Shown: positions 8,525-16,162 of the stretch, piece by piece
How the letters are laid out: the number at the start of each line of letters is the position of its first letter
Position numbering within the stretch: position 1 is the first letter of the stretch
Source of the DNA: an archaeon
Lineage (GTDB): Archaea; Nanobdellota; Nanobdellia; Pacearchaeales; GW2011-AR1
Assembly (NCBI GenBank): GCA_043811855.1
Contig: JBDRMT010000004.1
Coordinates: 973 to 32,972 of the forward strand
Reading direction: 5' to 3'
Length of the DNA: 32,000 bases
Program-made: the position numbers and the translations under genes
Notes under the pieces: generated by a model
The model's database searches: none
The model's input: the letters and a program-made list of their open reading frames with translations, nothing else
Told to the model about the DNA's origin: nothing

Positions 8525-9259
8525 TCACTCACCTAAATAAGCTTCTAGAACAGCTTTATTGTTCTTGATTTCAGATGGAGATCCTTCTGCAATAACTTTT
8601 CCTTCATCCATAACAATGACATGATCTGCAATTCCTAAGGTGAAGTTCATGTCATGCTCTATTAGGAGGACTGTTTCTCCTTGTTTTTTAAGCTTAGTGA
8701 GTAGGTCTGAGATTTGTTTTCTTAATTTAGGATTTACACCTGCAACTGGTTCATCTAACATAAGTAGTTTATGAGGATTAATAATTGCCCTTGTTATTTC
8801 TACTAATCTTTTTTGACCAAAACTTAATTCTCCTGCTTGCTTGTTCATAAAGTCTGTTATTCCTACTAGTTCTGCAGTTTTTTTAACTTTGTTGTAATCT
8901 TCTTGAGAAAATTTATAATTTATTAGATTTTTCCAAAATTCTGTATCTTTATTGCTTAAGGCAAGAAGAAGATTTTCTTTAACACTTAGATTATCAAATA
9001 ATCTTGCTTGTTGAAATAACCTAGATATTCCTAGATTAGATATTTTATGAATCTTCATCTTAGTAATATCTTGTTTATTAAAATATATTTCACCTGAATC
9101 TGGTTTTAAAGTTCCAGTTGTAAGATTAAATATTGTTGTTTTTCCACTTCCATTTGGACCTATTAATGCTGTTATCTTATTATCTTTAATTTCAAAACTA
9201 GCATTATCTACTGCTTTTATTCCTCCAAAATGTTTTTTTAAGTTAGTTATTTTTAGCAT
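8525..9259 (-). CDS. livG: Branched-chain amino acid ABC transporter ATP-binding protein, LivG type
   Basis: MLKITNLKKHFGGIKAVDNASF..GPNGSGKTT (Walker A), LSFGQKRLVEITRA (signature), LLMLDEP (Walker B), LIEHDM, and the C-terminal EAYLGE typical of LivG. Start taken at the ATG at 9259, 24 codons inside the ORF-track call. Confidence 0.9.
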   Translation of the reverse strand: MLKITNLKKHFGGIKAVDNASFEIKDNKITALIGPNGSGKTTIFNLTTGTLKPDSGEIYFNKQDITKMKIHKISNLGISRLFQQARLFDNLSVKENLLLALSNKDTEFWKNLINYKFSQEDYNKVKKTAELVGITDFMNKQAGELSFGQKRLVEITRAIINPHKLLMLDEPVAGVNPKLRKQISDLLTKLKKQGETVLLIEHDMNFTLGIADHVIVMDEGKVIAEGSPSEIKNNKAVLEAYLGE

Positions 9260-9263
9260 TTTA

Positions 9264-9860
9264 TTATTTACTCTTAGGTATTTCTGAATCTTCAAATATT
9301 TTATTGTTAAATTTAACCCAACGAGAAACAACTTTTAATAAATAGTTTGAACGATAAAACTCACTTTCTCTTTTATTTTCAAAATAGGTATAAAGAACAA
9401 CCTCGATTTTCATTTTTTCTTTAATCATACTAATTATTGGTGCAAAATCTGAGTCTGAAGAAATTAATATAATTTTCTTAATTTTTGGAAATTCCTCTCT
9501 AAATAAACATAAATCAGCTACAATCCAGGAATCTACTCCTTTTTGATTAAAGATTAGGTCACCTTCTTTTGTTATAATTTTTTGACATCTGCCTTCTCTT
9601 ACTGTAATCCAATTCTTTTTATCCAACATTTTTTTAAAATTATCATATTTTTTCTTTCTATATTTTTCATCGTCTGTTGGAGTATTGCTTTGAAAAGGAG
9701 GAGCTACATAGACATACATATGTTTTAAATTAAGATTTTCATTTTTACATATATTTTTAAAAGTTTGTAAAAACTTCTTCTTTTTACCAGATTTTTTTTG
9801 AAAATATCTTTTAACTAATCTAAAAAATCCATCGTCAACAAATATAATTGTATCTTCCAT
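9264..9860 (-). CDS. NYN-domain (LabA/DUF88-like, PIN-fold) ribonuclease
   Basis: IIFVDDGFF..., NQKGVDSWIVADL and ILISSDSDFAPII match the three acidic NYN motifs. A strong SD (GGAGGTG) lies 8 nt upstream of the ATG. The stop is 4 nt from the livG ATG. Confidence 0.75.
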   Translation of the reverse strand: MEDTIIFVDDGFFRLVKRYFQKKSGKKKKFLQTFKNICKNENLNLKHMYVYVAPPFQSNTPTDDEKYRKKKYDNFKKMLDKKNWITVREGRCQKIITKEGDLIFNQKGVDSWIVADLCLFREEFPKIKKIILISSDSDFAPIISMIKEKMKIEVVLYTYFENKRESEFYRSNYLLKVVSRWVKFNNKIFEDSEIPKSK

Positions 9861-9997
9861 TAATAAACACCTCCAATAAAAGTTAATAGATTAAAAAACA
9901 TCTGGCGACCGCAAAGATCACCAGGGAATATACTCACAGTCCTAAGACTGTTAATAATATTAGTTCTTTCTTCTTTATAAACTTTATTATTGTCCAT
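9860..9997 (-). CDS. Candidate 45-codon ORF whose stop overlaps the NYN start (TAATG); may instead be non-coding leader RNA
   Basis: My translation is MDNNKVYKEERTNIINSLRTVSIFPGDLCGRQMFFNLLTFIGGVY*. I saw no SD. It contains the two hairpins listed below. It is below the ORF-track size cutoff. Confidence 0.3.
   Translation of the reverse strand: MDNNKVYKEERTNIINSLRTVSIFPGDLCGRQMFFNLLTFIGGVY
9893..9951 (-). terminator. Two GC-richer hairpins followed by a U6 tract on the minus-strand RNA; candidate terminator or attenuator ahead of NYN-livG
   Basis: On the minus strand, ACAGUC-UUAG-GACUGU (9951-9936) is a perfect 6-bp stem. CUGGUGA-N9-UCGCCAG (9924-9902) gives 7 bp including one G-U. UUUUUU follows (9898-9893), about 25 nt before the NYN SD. 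Confidence 0.35.
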
Positions 9998-10113
9998 TTT
10001 ATTTTTTGTAAATTTATTAGTATATGTTAAACTTAAGAGGGGAGAGTGGTCTTGATTGCTTAACTAAGGTATTCCTCCTTTTAGTTATATAAGTTATTAA
10101 TAGGTTTAGCATT

Positions 10114-10527
10114 TTATATCTCTTCATATCTTTTGAGTTTACTTATTATTTCAGGTATTTGTTTTAATGCTTCTTTAGCTGTTTCCAAGTTTAAATCTTC
10201 TCCATAATAATTAATACCATTTCTTATTTTTCTGTATCTATCAAATTTTATAGAAATAGACTCTTCTTTTAATATTTCTTTTAAAAAATAGGTAATTGAA
10301 ATGTGATCTAGAAATTTATATCCCTTTAAATATCCTATTGCTTCAATAAACTCCCTAAGACCTTCATACAGCTCTCTAAATATTGTTTTTGAAGTATTAT
10401 TATCTAGAGGTATTATTTTTGCTGTTTCAATTGCTTGTGAATGAAATTTAACCATACTTTTTGCTCTGATTGTATTGATCTCTGCTCTTTTTACCTTTCC
10501 TAATTTTAAACATGTATTAAAATCCAT
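10114..10527 (-). CDS. HEPN-domain protein (partner of the upstream nucleotidyltransferase)
   Basis: 137 aa, all-helical looking, with C-terminal FDRYRKIRNGINYYGEDLNLETAKEAL resembling the HEPN R..RN..Y block. Its start overlaps the stop of the MNT gene (TAATG at 10525-10529). Confidence 0.7.
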   Translation of the reverse strand: MDFNTCLKLGKVKRAEINTIRAKSMVKFHSQAIETAKIIPLDNNTSKTIFRELYEGLREFIEAIGYLKGYKFLDHISITYFLKEILKEESISIKFDRYRKIRNGINYYGEDLNLETAKEALKQIPEIISKLKRYEEI

Positions 10528-11057
10528 TATAAAACCTCTAATTCTCCTGATAAGACTATCCCATTTGCAATATTATTTATCAGAGAGGGATTAGTTTTTT
10601 TTAATTTTACTAAAGATGATTGTGAAAATACTTTTAAGTTTATCTCTTTATTTAGTGTTTTTTCATACTTAGAAACATTAAATTCCTTATTAATATCTGT
10701 TATTACGCAAATATCAATGTCACTTGTTACATCATCCTTTGCCTTTGAATAGCTTCCATATAAAACAATAACAGGATAATCATAATATTTTTCTAAATCT
10801 TGTATTATATTTGATTTTCTTATTTTTTCCATATTACAATATAGTTTTAAATTACTTACTTTTTCAGACTCTAATAACTTATAAGAAGAATAAATCTTAC
10901 CTTTTTCTAATTCTAATATTCCTTCTTTAACAAACTTATTAAGATACTGTCTTACAGTTGTATGATTAATATTAGTAAGCCTAGCTATTTCTCTTATATG
11001 GAACTCCCTATTTGGTTCTTCAAAAAAAGGTTTTAGTATGTTTAATCTTGTTTCCAT
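10527..11057 (-). CDS. wHTH-fused minimal nucleotidyltransferase (MNT) of a HEPN/MNT pair
   Basis: N-terminal IREIARLTNINHTTVRQYLNKFVKEGIL (wHTH), then LYGSYSKAKDDVTSDIDICV (the GS-X10-DxD polymerase-beta-type NTase motif). Confidence 0.8.
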   Translation of the reverse strand: METRLNILKPFFEEPNREFHIREIARLTNINHTTVRQYLNKFVKEGILELEKGKIYSSYKLLESEKVSNLKLYCNMEKIRKSNIIQDLEKYYDYPVIVLYGSYSKAKDDVTSDIDICVITDINKEFNVSKYEKTLNKEINLKVFSQSSLVKLKKTNPSLINNIANGIVLSGELEVL

Positions 11058-11058
11058 C

Positions 11059-11076
11059 TGTAAATATATATTTACA
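11059..11076. promoter_or_regulatory. 18-bp perfect palindrome TGTAAATATATATTTACA directly upstream of the MNT start; candidate promoter/operator
   Basis: Read directly. It is TATA-containing and lies in the 41-nt livM-MNT spacer. It is flanked by an 11-bp direct repeat tgtttccatct (11049-11059 and 11089-11099). Confidence 0.45.
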
Positions 11077-11098
11077 AGTGTTTATAAATGTTTCCATC

Positions 11099-11971
11099 TT
11101 ATTTTAATTGAACTTTTCCGTCAAATCCCTTTGGTTTATATATTAAAATAAGTAATAGGATTAAAGCATAAATTATTTGTCTAGCAGGTCCTACAACTGA
11201 GCTTGGGAATCCAACAAATCTTAGTATTTCTGGTAATATTATTAAGACTATTGTTGCAACTACTGTCCCTCTTAAACTTGCTAGTCCTCCAACAATAACA
11301 ATTAATAAAACAGGAATTAACTGCATTATTGTAAATGAGCTTGGATCTATAAAAGTTATATAATGTGCATATAAACTTCCTGCAATTCCTGCAAAAAAAG
11401 CAGAAACAATTAATGAAGTTGCTTTGACTTTAAATGTATTTTTTCCTAAAGTTTTAGAAGCAAGTTCATCATCTCTAACAGATTCTAATACTTTTCCAAA
11501 AGGAGATATTGTAATCTTTTTAATAACAAGATAAGAAATTATCACTATTATTATTGTGAATATAAGGAAGGCAAGATTGCTTGAAATACTAAATCCAAAA
11601 ATGCTTGGTTTTGGAATTCCAGGAAGTCCTAAGGGACCTCTTGTAAGTTCTGTCCAGTTTAGTAAAACAGCATAGACAACAAAGGAAAATCCCATAGTTG
11701 CAAGTGCAAGATAATCTCCTTTTAGCTTATGGGTGGGTATTGAAAGAAAAAAACCAAAAAGTCCTGCTATTAATCCTGCTAGTAAAAATGCTATCCAAAA
11801 TGGCCAACCTAACAAAGTTAGTAATGCAGATGTGTATGCTCCTATTCCAAAAAATGCAATATGCCCTAAATTAAGCAAGCCTGTAAATCCTATTGCTAAC
11901 TGAAGTGAAATTGCTAATATAATGTAGATTCCTATTAATATTAGTATGTGAATAAAATATGCTTCTATCAT
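11099..11971 (-). CDS. livM: Branched-chain amino acid ABC transporter permease, LivM type
   Basis: 290 aa and polytopic. GLLNLGHIAFFGIGAYTSALL is the LivM-type signature. Its ATG overlaps the upstream SBP stop (ATGA). Confidence 0.85.
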   Translation of the reverse strand: MIEAYFIHILILIGIYIILAISLQLAIGFTGLLNLGHIAFFGIGAYTSALLTLLGWPFWIAFLLAGLIAGLFGFFLSIPTHKLKGDYLALATMGFSFVVYAVLLNWTELTRGPLGLPGIPKPSIFGFSISSNLAFLIFTIIIVIISYLVIKKITISPFGKVLESVRDDELASKTLGKNTFKVKATSLIVSAFFAGIAGSLYAHYITFIDPSSFTIMQLIPVLLIVIVGGLASLRGTVVATIVLIILPEILRFVGFPSSVVGPARQIIYALILLLILIYKPKGFDGKVQLK

Positions 11972-13122
11972 TTTATATCTTTATATGGGATAATTTTCCC
12001 ATTTTTTACTATTTTAAGTTCAAATTCTCTTAATACATCTCCATTTTCATCAAAAGATATTTCACCAGATATTCCTTGATGATTTTTTATTTTAAATAGT
12101 TCATTTTTAATACATTCGGTTTTATCATCAGAACCACATTCTTCAATAGCTATTCCTATAACAATAACAGAATCATAGGCTCTTGCAGCATATATTTCTG
12201 GTTCAGTTTGATATTTCTTTTTATATTGTTCTATAAAATTTTTCATATTTTCATCGCCTGAATCAAGATTAAATTCAGGTGCTGCAATGAATAATCCTTC
12301 TGCAGCATCTCCTGCAATTGTGAATAATTCTTCTCCTCCAAAAATAGCTTGGGAACTAAATATCTGTAAATCTAAATCAAGTTCTTTGGAATTTTTAAGT
12401 AAATAACCTCCTTCTTTTGTATAAGGCGCTATATAAAGAGCATCAGGTTTGCTAGCTTTAACTTTATTAATATGAGTTCTAAAATCAACATCTCCTACAT
12501 TAAATGCTTCTGAAATTACAATCTCTCCACCAAGATTTTTAAACTCTTCTTCAAAAACTCTTTTTACTCCTTCTCCATAATCATTATTAATATATAATGA
12601 AGCAACTTTTCTTATATTAAAATCATTATACATGATTGTTGCAAGATTTTTCATTTCTAAATCAGCAGTTTCATAGGTTCTAAAAGTAAAATCTCCTTGA
12701 GTTGAATAATCTGGAGAAGCTGTTGCAACACCTATTTGAATAACCTTATCCTCATTAACTAAGGGTGTTAAAGCTATACCAACTCCTGAACCCATAGTTA
12801 TAATAATATTAACATTATTAAAATTCCTTAATTTGTTATATGAATTAATAGCTAATTTAGGATCTACTTGAGCATCTTCATATATTATCTCTATCTTTTT
12901 ACCATTAATTCCATTATTAGAATTTATTTCATCCTTTGCGAATTCAAGGCCATTCTGGATCCACTCTCCTTGATTAGCAATGCTTCCAGTTAATGCTAAA
13001 ATTGCTCCTATTTTTATAGTTTCATCTTGCTGTTTTGGTATGAAAATAAGTAAGTTTATAACTAAGATTATGATTATTAAAATAACCAACCAAGTTAATA
13101 GAGTTTTATTTTTAGATTTCAT
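11968..13122 (-). CDS. LivJ-type ABC substrate-binding protein, membrane-anchored (class A), embedded between livH and livM
   Basis: 384 aa. TM anchor, then ETIKIGAILALTGSIANQGEW and GINGKKIEIIYEDAQVDPKLA. There are ATGA overlaps at both ends (13119-13122 and 11968-11971). Confidence 0.85.
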   Translation of the reverse strand: MKSKNKTLLTWLVILIIIILVINLLIFIPKQQDETIKIGAILALTGSIANQGEWIQNGLEFAKDEINSNNGINGKKIEIIYEDAQVDPKLAINSYNKLRNFNNVNIIITMGSGVGIALTPLVNEDKVIQIGVATASPDYSTQGDFTFRTYETADLEMKNLATIMYNDFNIRKVASLYINNDYGEGVKRVFEEEFKNLGGEIVISEAFNVGDVDFRTHINKVKASKPDALYIAPYTKEGGYLLKNSKELDLDLQIFSSQAIFGGEELFTIAGDAAEGLFIAAPEFNLDSGDENMKNFIEQYKKKYQTEPEIYAARAYDSVIVIGIAIEECGSDDKTECIKNELFKIKNHQGISGEISFDENGDVLREFELKIVKNGKIIPYKDIK

Positions 13123-14006
13123 TTATCCTTACCTCCACCTCTTTTAATTCCTAAAATACCATTAGGTCTGAAAAGTAGGAATAAGAATAATAAGATAAAT
13201 GCAATTGCATCTTTATATCCTGAAGGGAGATACCAGATTCCAAAGTTTTCAGAAAATCCAAGTAAAAAAGCTCCTAAGATTGCTCCTGGAACACTTCCAA
13301 TTCCTCCAATAATTGCACCTGTAAATCCTTTTATTATAAGACTTGTTCCCATTGTTGGCTCTAGATTTTGTTCAAGAGCAATAAGAACTCCTGCAATTCC
13401 TGCAATTGCACTTCCTATAATAAAACTATAATTATATATTTTTTTAGAATTTATTCCTACAATTTCTGCAACATCTTTATTATCTGCAACAGCCCTCATA
13501 GCTTTTCCTATTTTTGTTTTTTTCATAAATAAGAAGAGTAAGAGTAACAAAACAAGAGAGGTTACTACAATAAAAATCTGTAGAGGGGTTATTATTGCTC
13601 CTAAAAATTCCATTCCTTTAGCTACTTTAATATAGCCTATTGTTTTAACATCTGCTCCAAAGAAAATTAAAATTACTGATTCTAAAAGTATTAATAATGC
13701 AAAGCTTGCTATAAGGAGTATTACACTACTTGCTTTTCTTTTTCTTAACTCTTTGTAAACAACTATGTTCATTAAATAGCCCATAACTCCTCCAAAGGCT
13801 ATTGCTAAAATTGCTGAAACAAAAAAATTAAATCCTAAAATTGAAAATAAAAAATAAAGAAAATAAGCTGAAAATGCAATTGTTGCTCCGTGTGCAAAAT
13901 GAATAAATTTATTAACAGAATAAATTAATGAAAAACCTGAAGATACTAATGCGTAGATAGATCCTGCAATTAATCCATTGATAAGTAACTGGGTTGCTAT
14001 TGACAT
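13119..14006 (-). CDS. livH: Branched-chain amino acid ABC transporter permease, LivH type
   Basis: 295 aa and polytopic. LINGLIAGSIYALVSSGFSLIYSVNKFIHFAHG matches the LivH N-terminal NFAHG-type motif. SD GAGGTG lies 5-6 nt upstream of the ATG. Confidence 0.85.
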   Translation of the reverse strand: MSIATQLLINGLIAGSIYALVSSGFSLIYSVNKFIHFAHGATIAFSAYFLYFLFSILGFNFFVSAILAIAFGGVMGYLMNIVVYKELRKRKASSVILLIASFALLILLESVILIFFGADVKTIGYIKVAKGMEFLGAIITPLQIFIVVTSLVLLLLLFLFMKKTKIGKAMRAVADNKDVAEIVGINSKKIYNYSFIIGSAIAGIAGVLIALEQNLEPTMGTSLIIKGFTGAIIGGIGSVPGAILGAFLLGFSENFGIWYLPSGYKDAIAFILLFLFLLFRPNGILGIKRGGGKDK

Positions 14007-14065
14007 ATTTACACCTCTATTAAAATAATAAAGAGCAACTTAAAAATATATCTGTTTTTTAATAT

Positions 14066-14272
14066 TTACACAGCTACTAAATCTTGTTCTTTTAAATCAG
14101 CAATCTGAGCATTGCATAGAACACAGTATCCTGCCTTTTCAATAGAGGGCATAGATCCACTATTTTCAACTAAGTCGCGATACCTTAAGGTAAGCACAAC
14201 TTCGTTTGTTTCCCTGTTGTTAAAAGGGGGTTCTTTTAATCTAATCCCGCAACTTGGACATATTCCTATCAT
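14066..14272 (-). CDS. Small zinc-ribbon-like protein (CPSC ... CVLC), unknown function
   Basis: 68 aa with two CxxC pairs about 45 residues apart. It is less AT-rich than its surroundings and sits directly upstream of livH on the same strand. Confidence 0.5.
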   Translation of the reverse strand: MIGICPSCGIRLKEPPFNNRETNEVVLTLRYRDLVENSGSMPSIEKAGYCVLCNAQIADLKEQDLVAV

Positions 14273-14439
14273 TTTATTTCTCCTTTAGTTTAATTTTTGA
14301 AATTTATTCCTTTAAGTATCTTATAAACTTACATGCTTGGACTTTTCTTCCTTATAATTGTTTAATAATTACCTATGGAATTTTATTTAGTAATATTATT
14401 AAAGTGTTAACTATCTCTGACCTCTGTTCTTGTGTTTAC

Positions 14440-14457
14440 TTTATCTTTAAAGATAAA
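14440..14457. promoter_or_regulatory. 18-bp perfect palindrome TTTATCTTTAAAGATAAA
   Basis: Read directly. It lies about 18 nt downstream of the micro-ORF stop on the minus strand and about 170 nt upstream of the 68-aa gene. It could be a terminator hairpin or an operator. Confidence 0.35.
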
Positions 14458-14474
14458 ATCTTTTTCTTTTACCA

Positions 14475-14555
14475 TTATTCAATAAGGCTTTCGATGTCAT
14501 CAATGTCAAGTTCATCAATAGATTCATCATCTAACCAATAACCTATAGTTCTCAT
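14475..14555 (-). CDS. Candidate 26-codon acidic micro-ORF, ATGA-coupled to the Cys-rich gene
   Basis: My translation is MRTIGYWLDDESIDELDIDDIESLIE*. Its ATG (14555-14553) overlaps the TGA (14554-14552) of the upstream gene. Confidence 0.3.
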   Translation of the reverse strand: MRTIGYWLDDESIDELDIDDIESLIE

Positions 14556-14950
14556 TTTGAAACCTCCATTTCTTCAAATTCTTTAGTATATCCTGTATGG
14601 TGAAGATCAAAATTAAAAAAATCAAAAAATTCACTTAATACAAGCTTACCTACATTTATTTTTTGTAGTTCTCTGAATACAAAATCAGTAAAACAATAAG
14701 GACATACATGTGCTCTTTTATCTTTACATTTGATGCATTCAGTTCCATAATTAGTTATGTGGTTTGTTATGTTTTGTAAGTATTTTTTTATTTTTGGAAG
14801 TATTTCTTGACTTAAAGTAGGGTACATTGTAAGCCAAGCTCTTATTTCTGTTGCAAGGCAATAAGGACATATTGGATTTGTAACTGCCTCACTACAAACG
14901 CCACACATATAGTGTGATTCAGCATCCGGATAGTTTTTTTGTATTATCAT
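14552..14950 (-). CDS. Cys-rich protein with two CxxC-X7-CPYC modules, unknown function
   Basis: CGVC-X7-CPYC and CIKC-X7-CPYC lie about 55 residues apart. The ORF-track start at 14971 is TTG, so I prefer the ATG at 14950 (MIIQKNYPD...). Confidence 0.55.
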   Translation of the reverse strand: MIIQKNYPDAESHYMCGVCSEAVTNPICPYCLATEIRAWLTMYPTLSQEILPKIKKYLQNITNHITNYGTECIKCKDKRAHVCPYCFTDFVFRELQKINVGKLVLSEFFDFFNFDLHHTGYTKEFEEMEVSK

Positions 14951-15201
14951 AGTAGAAAAATGTTGATTCAAAACCCAAGGAACTTGGTGAGTTTAAATCA
15001 GATATTTAATAACTGAAAAATCCCCAATAAAGTGACAATCGGAAAAGGGGGTAGTACAACTGAGTCTGTTCCAGAAGTTCATAGAAACTCTATACTTTCT
15101 TATTTCCATATTATATATAGCATAGTAATCTTTATAAATATATCGTCGATAAAATGGTTATTTTTAGGTAGTGACAGTAGAAGTTTATATTTTTAAAAAA
15201 T

Positions 15202-16131
15202 TTACATTTTCTCTAGAATTTCAATTCTTTTTTCTAAAGAAGGGTGAGTTTGAAATAATCCTTTTATGTTTCTTTTAAATGGATCGCTTATAAAGAGCGG
15301 AGCAACTGATTTACTATAATGATGTTTTTGTTCTGAATTTGGTTTATGTTCATTTTTTATTTTTTTAAGAGCATTTTTTAAACCAGTAGGTGAACGAATA
15401 AATTTAACTGCTGAAGCATCTGCTGTAAATTCTCTTTTTCTTGAAATTGCAAGTTGAACTAACATAACAACTATTGGAGCTAAGATAGCAAGGATTACTC
15501 CAATTATTAAAATAACAATCTGAGCTTTTCCATCTCTATCACCTCCTCCTTTTGATATTGAACTGAAAAATAAAGTTCTTAAAAATATTTCAGAAATTAT
15601 TGCAATCATTCCAACTAAAACTGCTGTTAATGTCATAAACCTAATATCATAATTTGCAACATGAGAAAGTTCGTGAGCTAATACTCCTTCTAATTCTTGC
15701 TTGTCAAGTTTTTCTAAAGCACCTGTTGTTAAACATATAACTGCATTTTTTGGATTTCTTCCTGAAGCAAAAGCATTAATATTTGAATCTTCCATTACAT
15801 AAAGTTCTGGTTTTGGTAATCCAGATGCTAAACATAATCCTTCAACAGAATGATGATAATCAGGGTATTGAGATTGAGAAGCTTTTTTAGCTTTAACACT
15901 TGATAAGGCTATTTTATGAGAATTATAAAATCCTACCCAAACATAAATTATTGCTATTATAATGGCAAGTATCATTATAATAAAAAAATAACCTTCACCT
16001 GCTATTAATCCTATAACATATCCTAGGATTACAAATACAGCTATAATACCTAATAAAAGGAAAAAAGATTTTCTTTTATTACTTGCAATCTGGTCGTGGA
16101 AAGATATTCTGTCTTTCATTGTTAATAACAT
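15202..16131 (-). CDS. htpX: M48-family membrane zinc protease HtpX
   Basis: HELSHV zinc motif, two N-terminal and two central TM segments, and the C-terminal THPSLEKRI typical of HtpX. Confidence 0.9.
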   Translation of the reverse strand: MLLTMKDRISFHDQIASNKRKSFFLLLGIIAVFVILGYVIGLIAGEGYFFIIMILAIIIAIIYVWVGFYNSHKIALSSVKAKKASQSQYPDYHHSVEGLCLASGLPKPELYVMEDSNINAFASGRNPKNAVICLTTGALEKLDKQELEGVLAHELSHVANYDIRFMTLTAVLVGMIAIISEIFLRTLFFSSISKGGGDRDGKAQIVILIIGVILAILAPIVVMLVQLAISRKREFTADASAVKFIRSPTGLKNALKKIKNEHKPNSEQKHHYSKSVAPLFISDPFKRNIKGLFQTHPSLEKRIEILEKM

Positions 16132-16162
16132 AAAGTTTATTTACTTAAAAAACTTTCTTATT

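Noticed and set aside
9260-9331. 24-residue N-terminal extension of livG, and the 40-residue extension of the PIN gene (4306-4422)
   Set aside because: The extensions overlap the upstream genes and precede the conserved family N-termini (MLKITNL...FGG for LivG, ILFDANF for PIN). Internal ATGs fit operon spacing.
10037-10080. GC-richer patch containing AGTGGT, considered as a tRNA fragment or a C/D or H/ACA guide RNA
   Set aside because: I could find no T-loop (GTTCRAAT), no acceptor/T-arm pairing, and no C (RUGAUGA) or D (CUGA) boxes. Only a weak 6-bp stem with a downstream ACA is present. This is insufficient for a call, so it is folded into the NYN-leader finding.
14254-14541. 95-aa plus-strand ORF
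   Set aside because: F/S/I-rich low complexity across an intergenic region. It conflicts with the minus-strand micro-ORF and palindrome and has no motif support.
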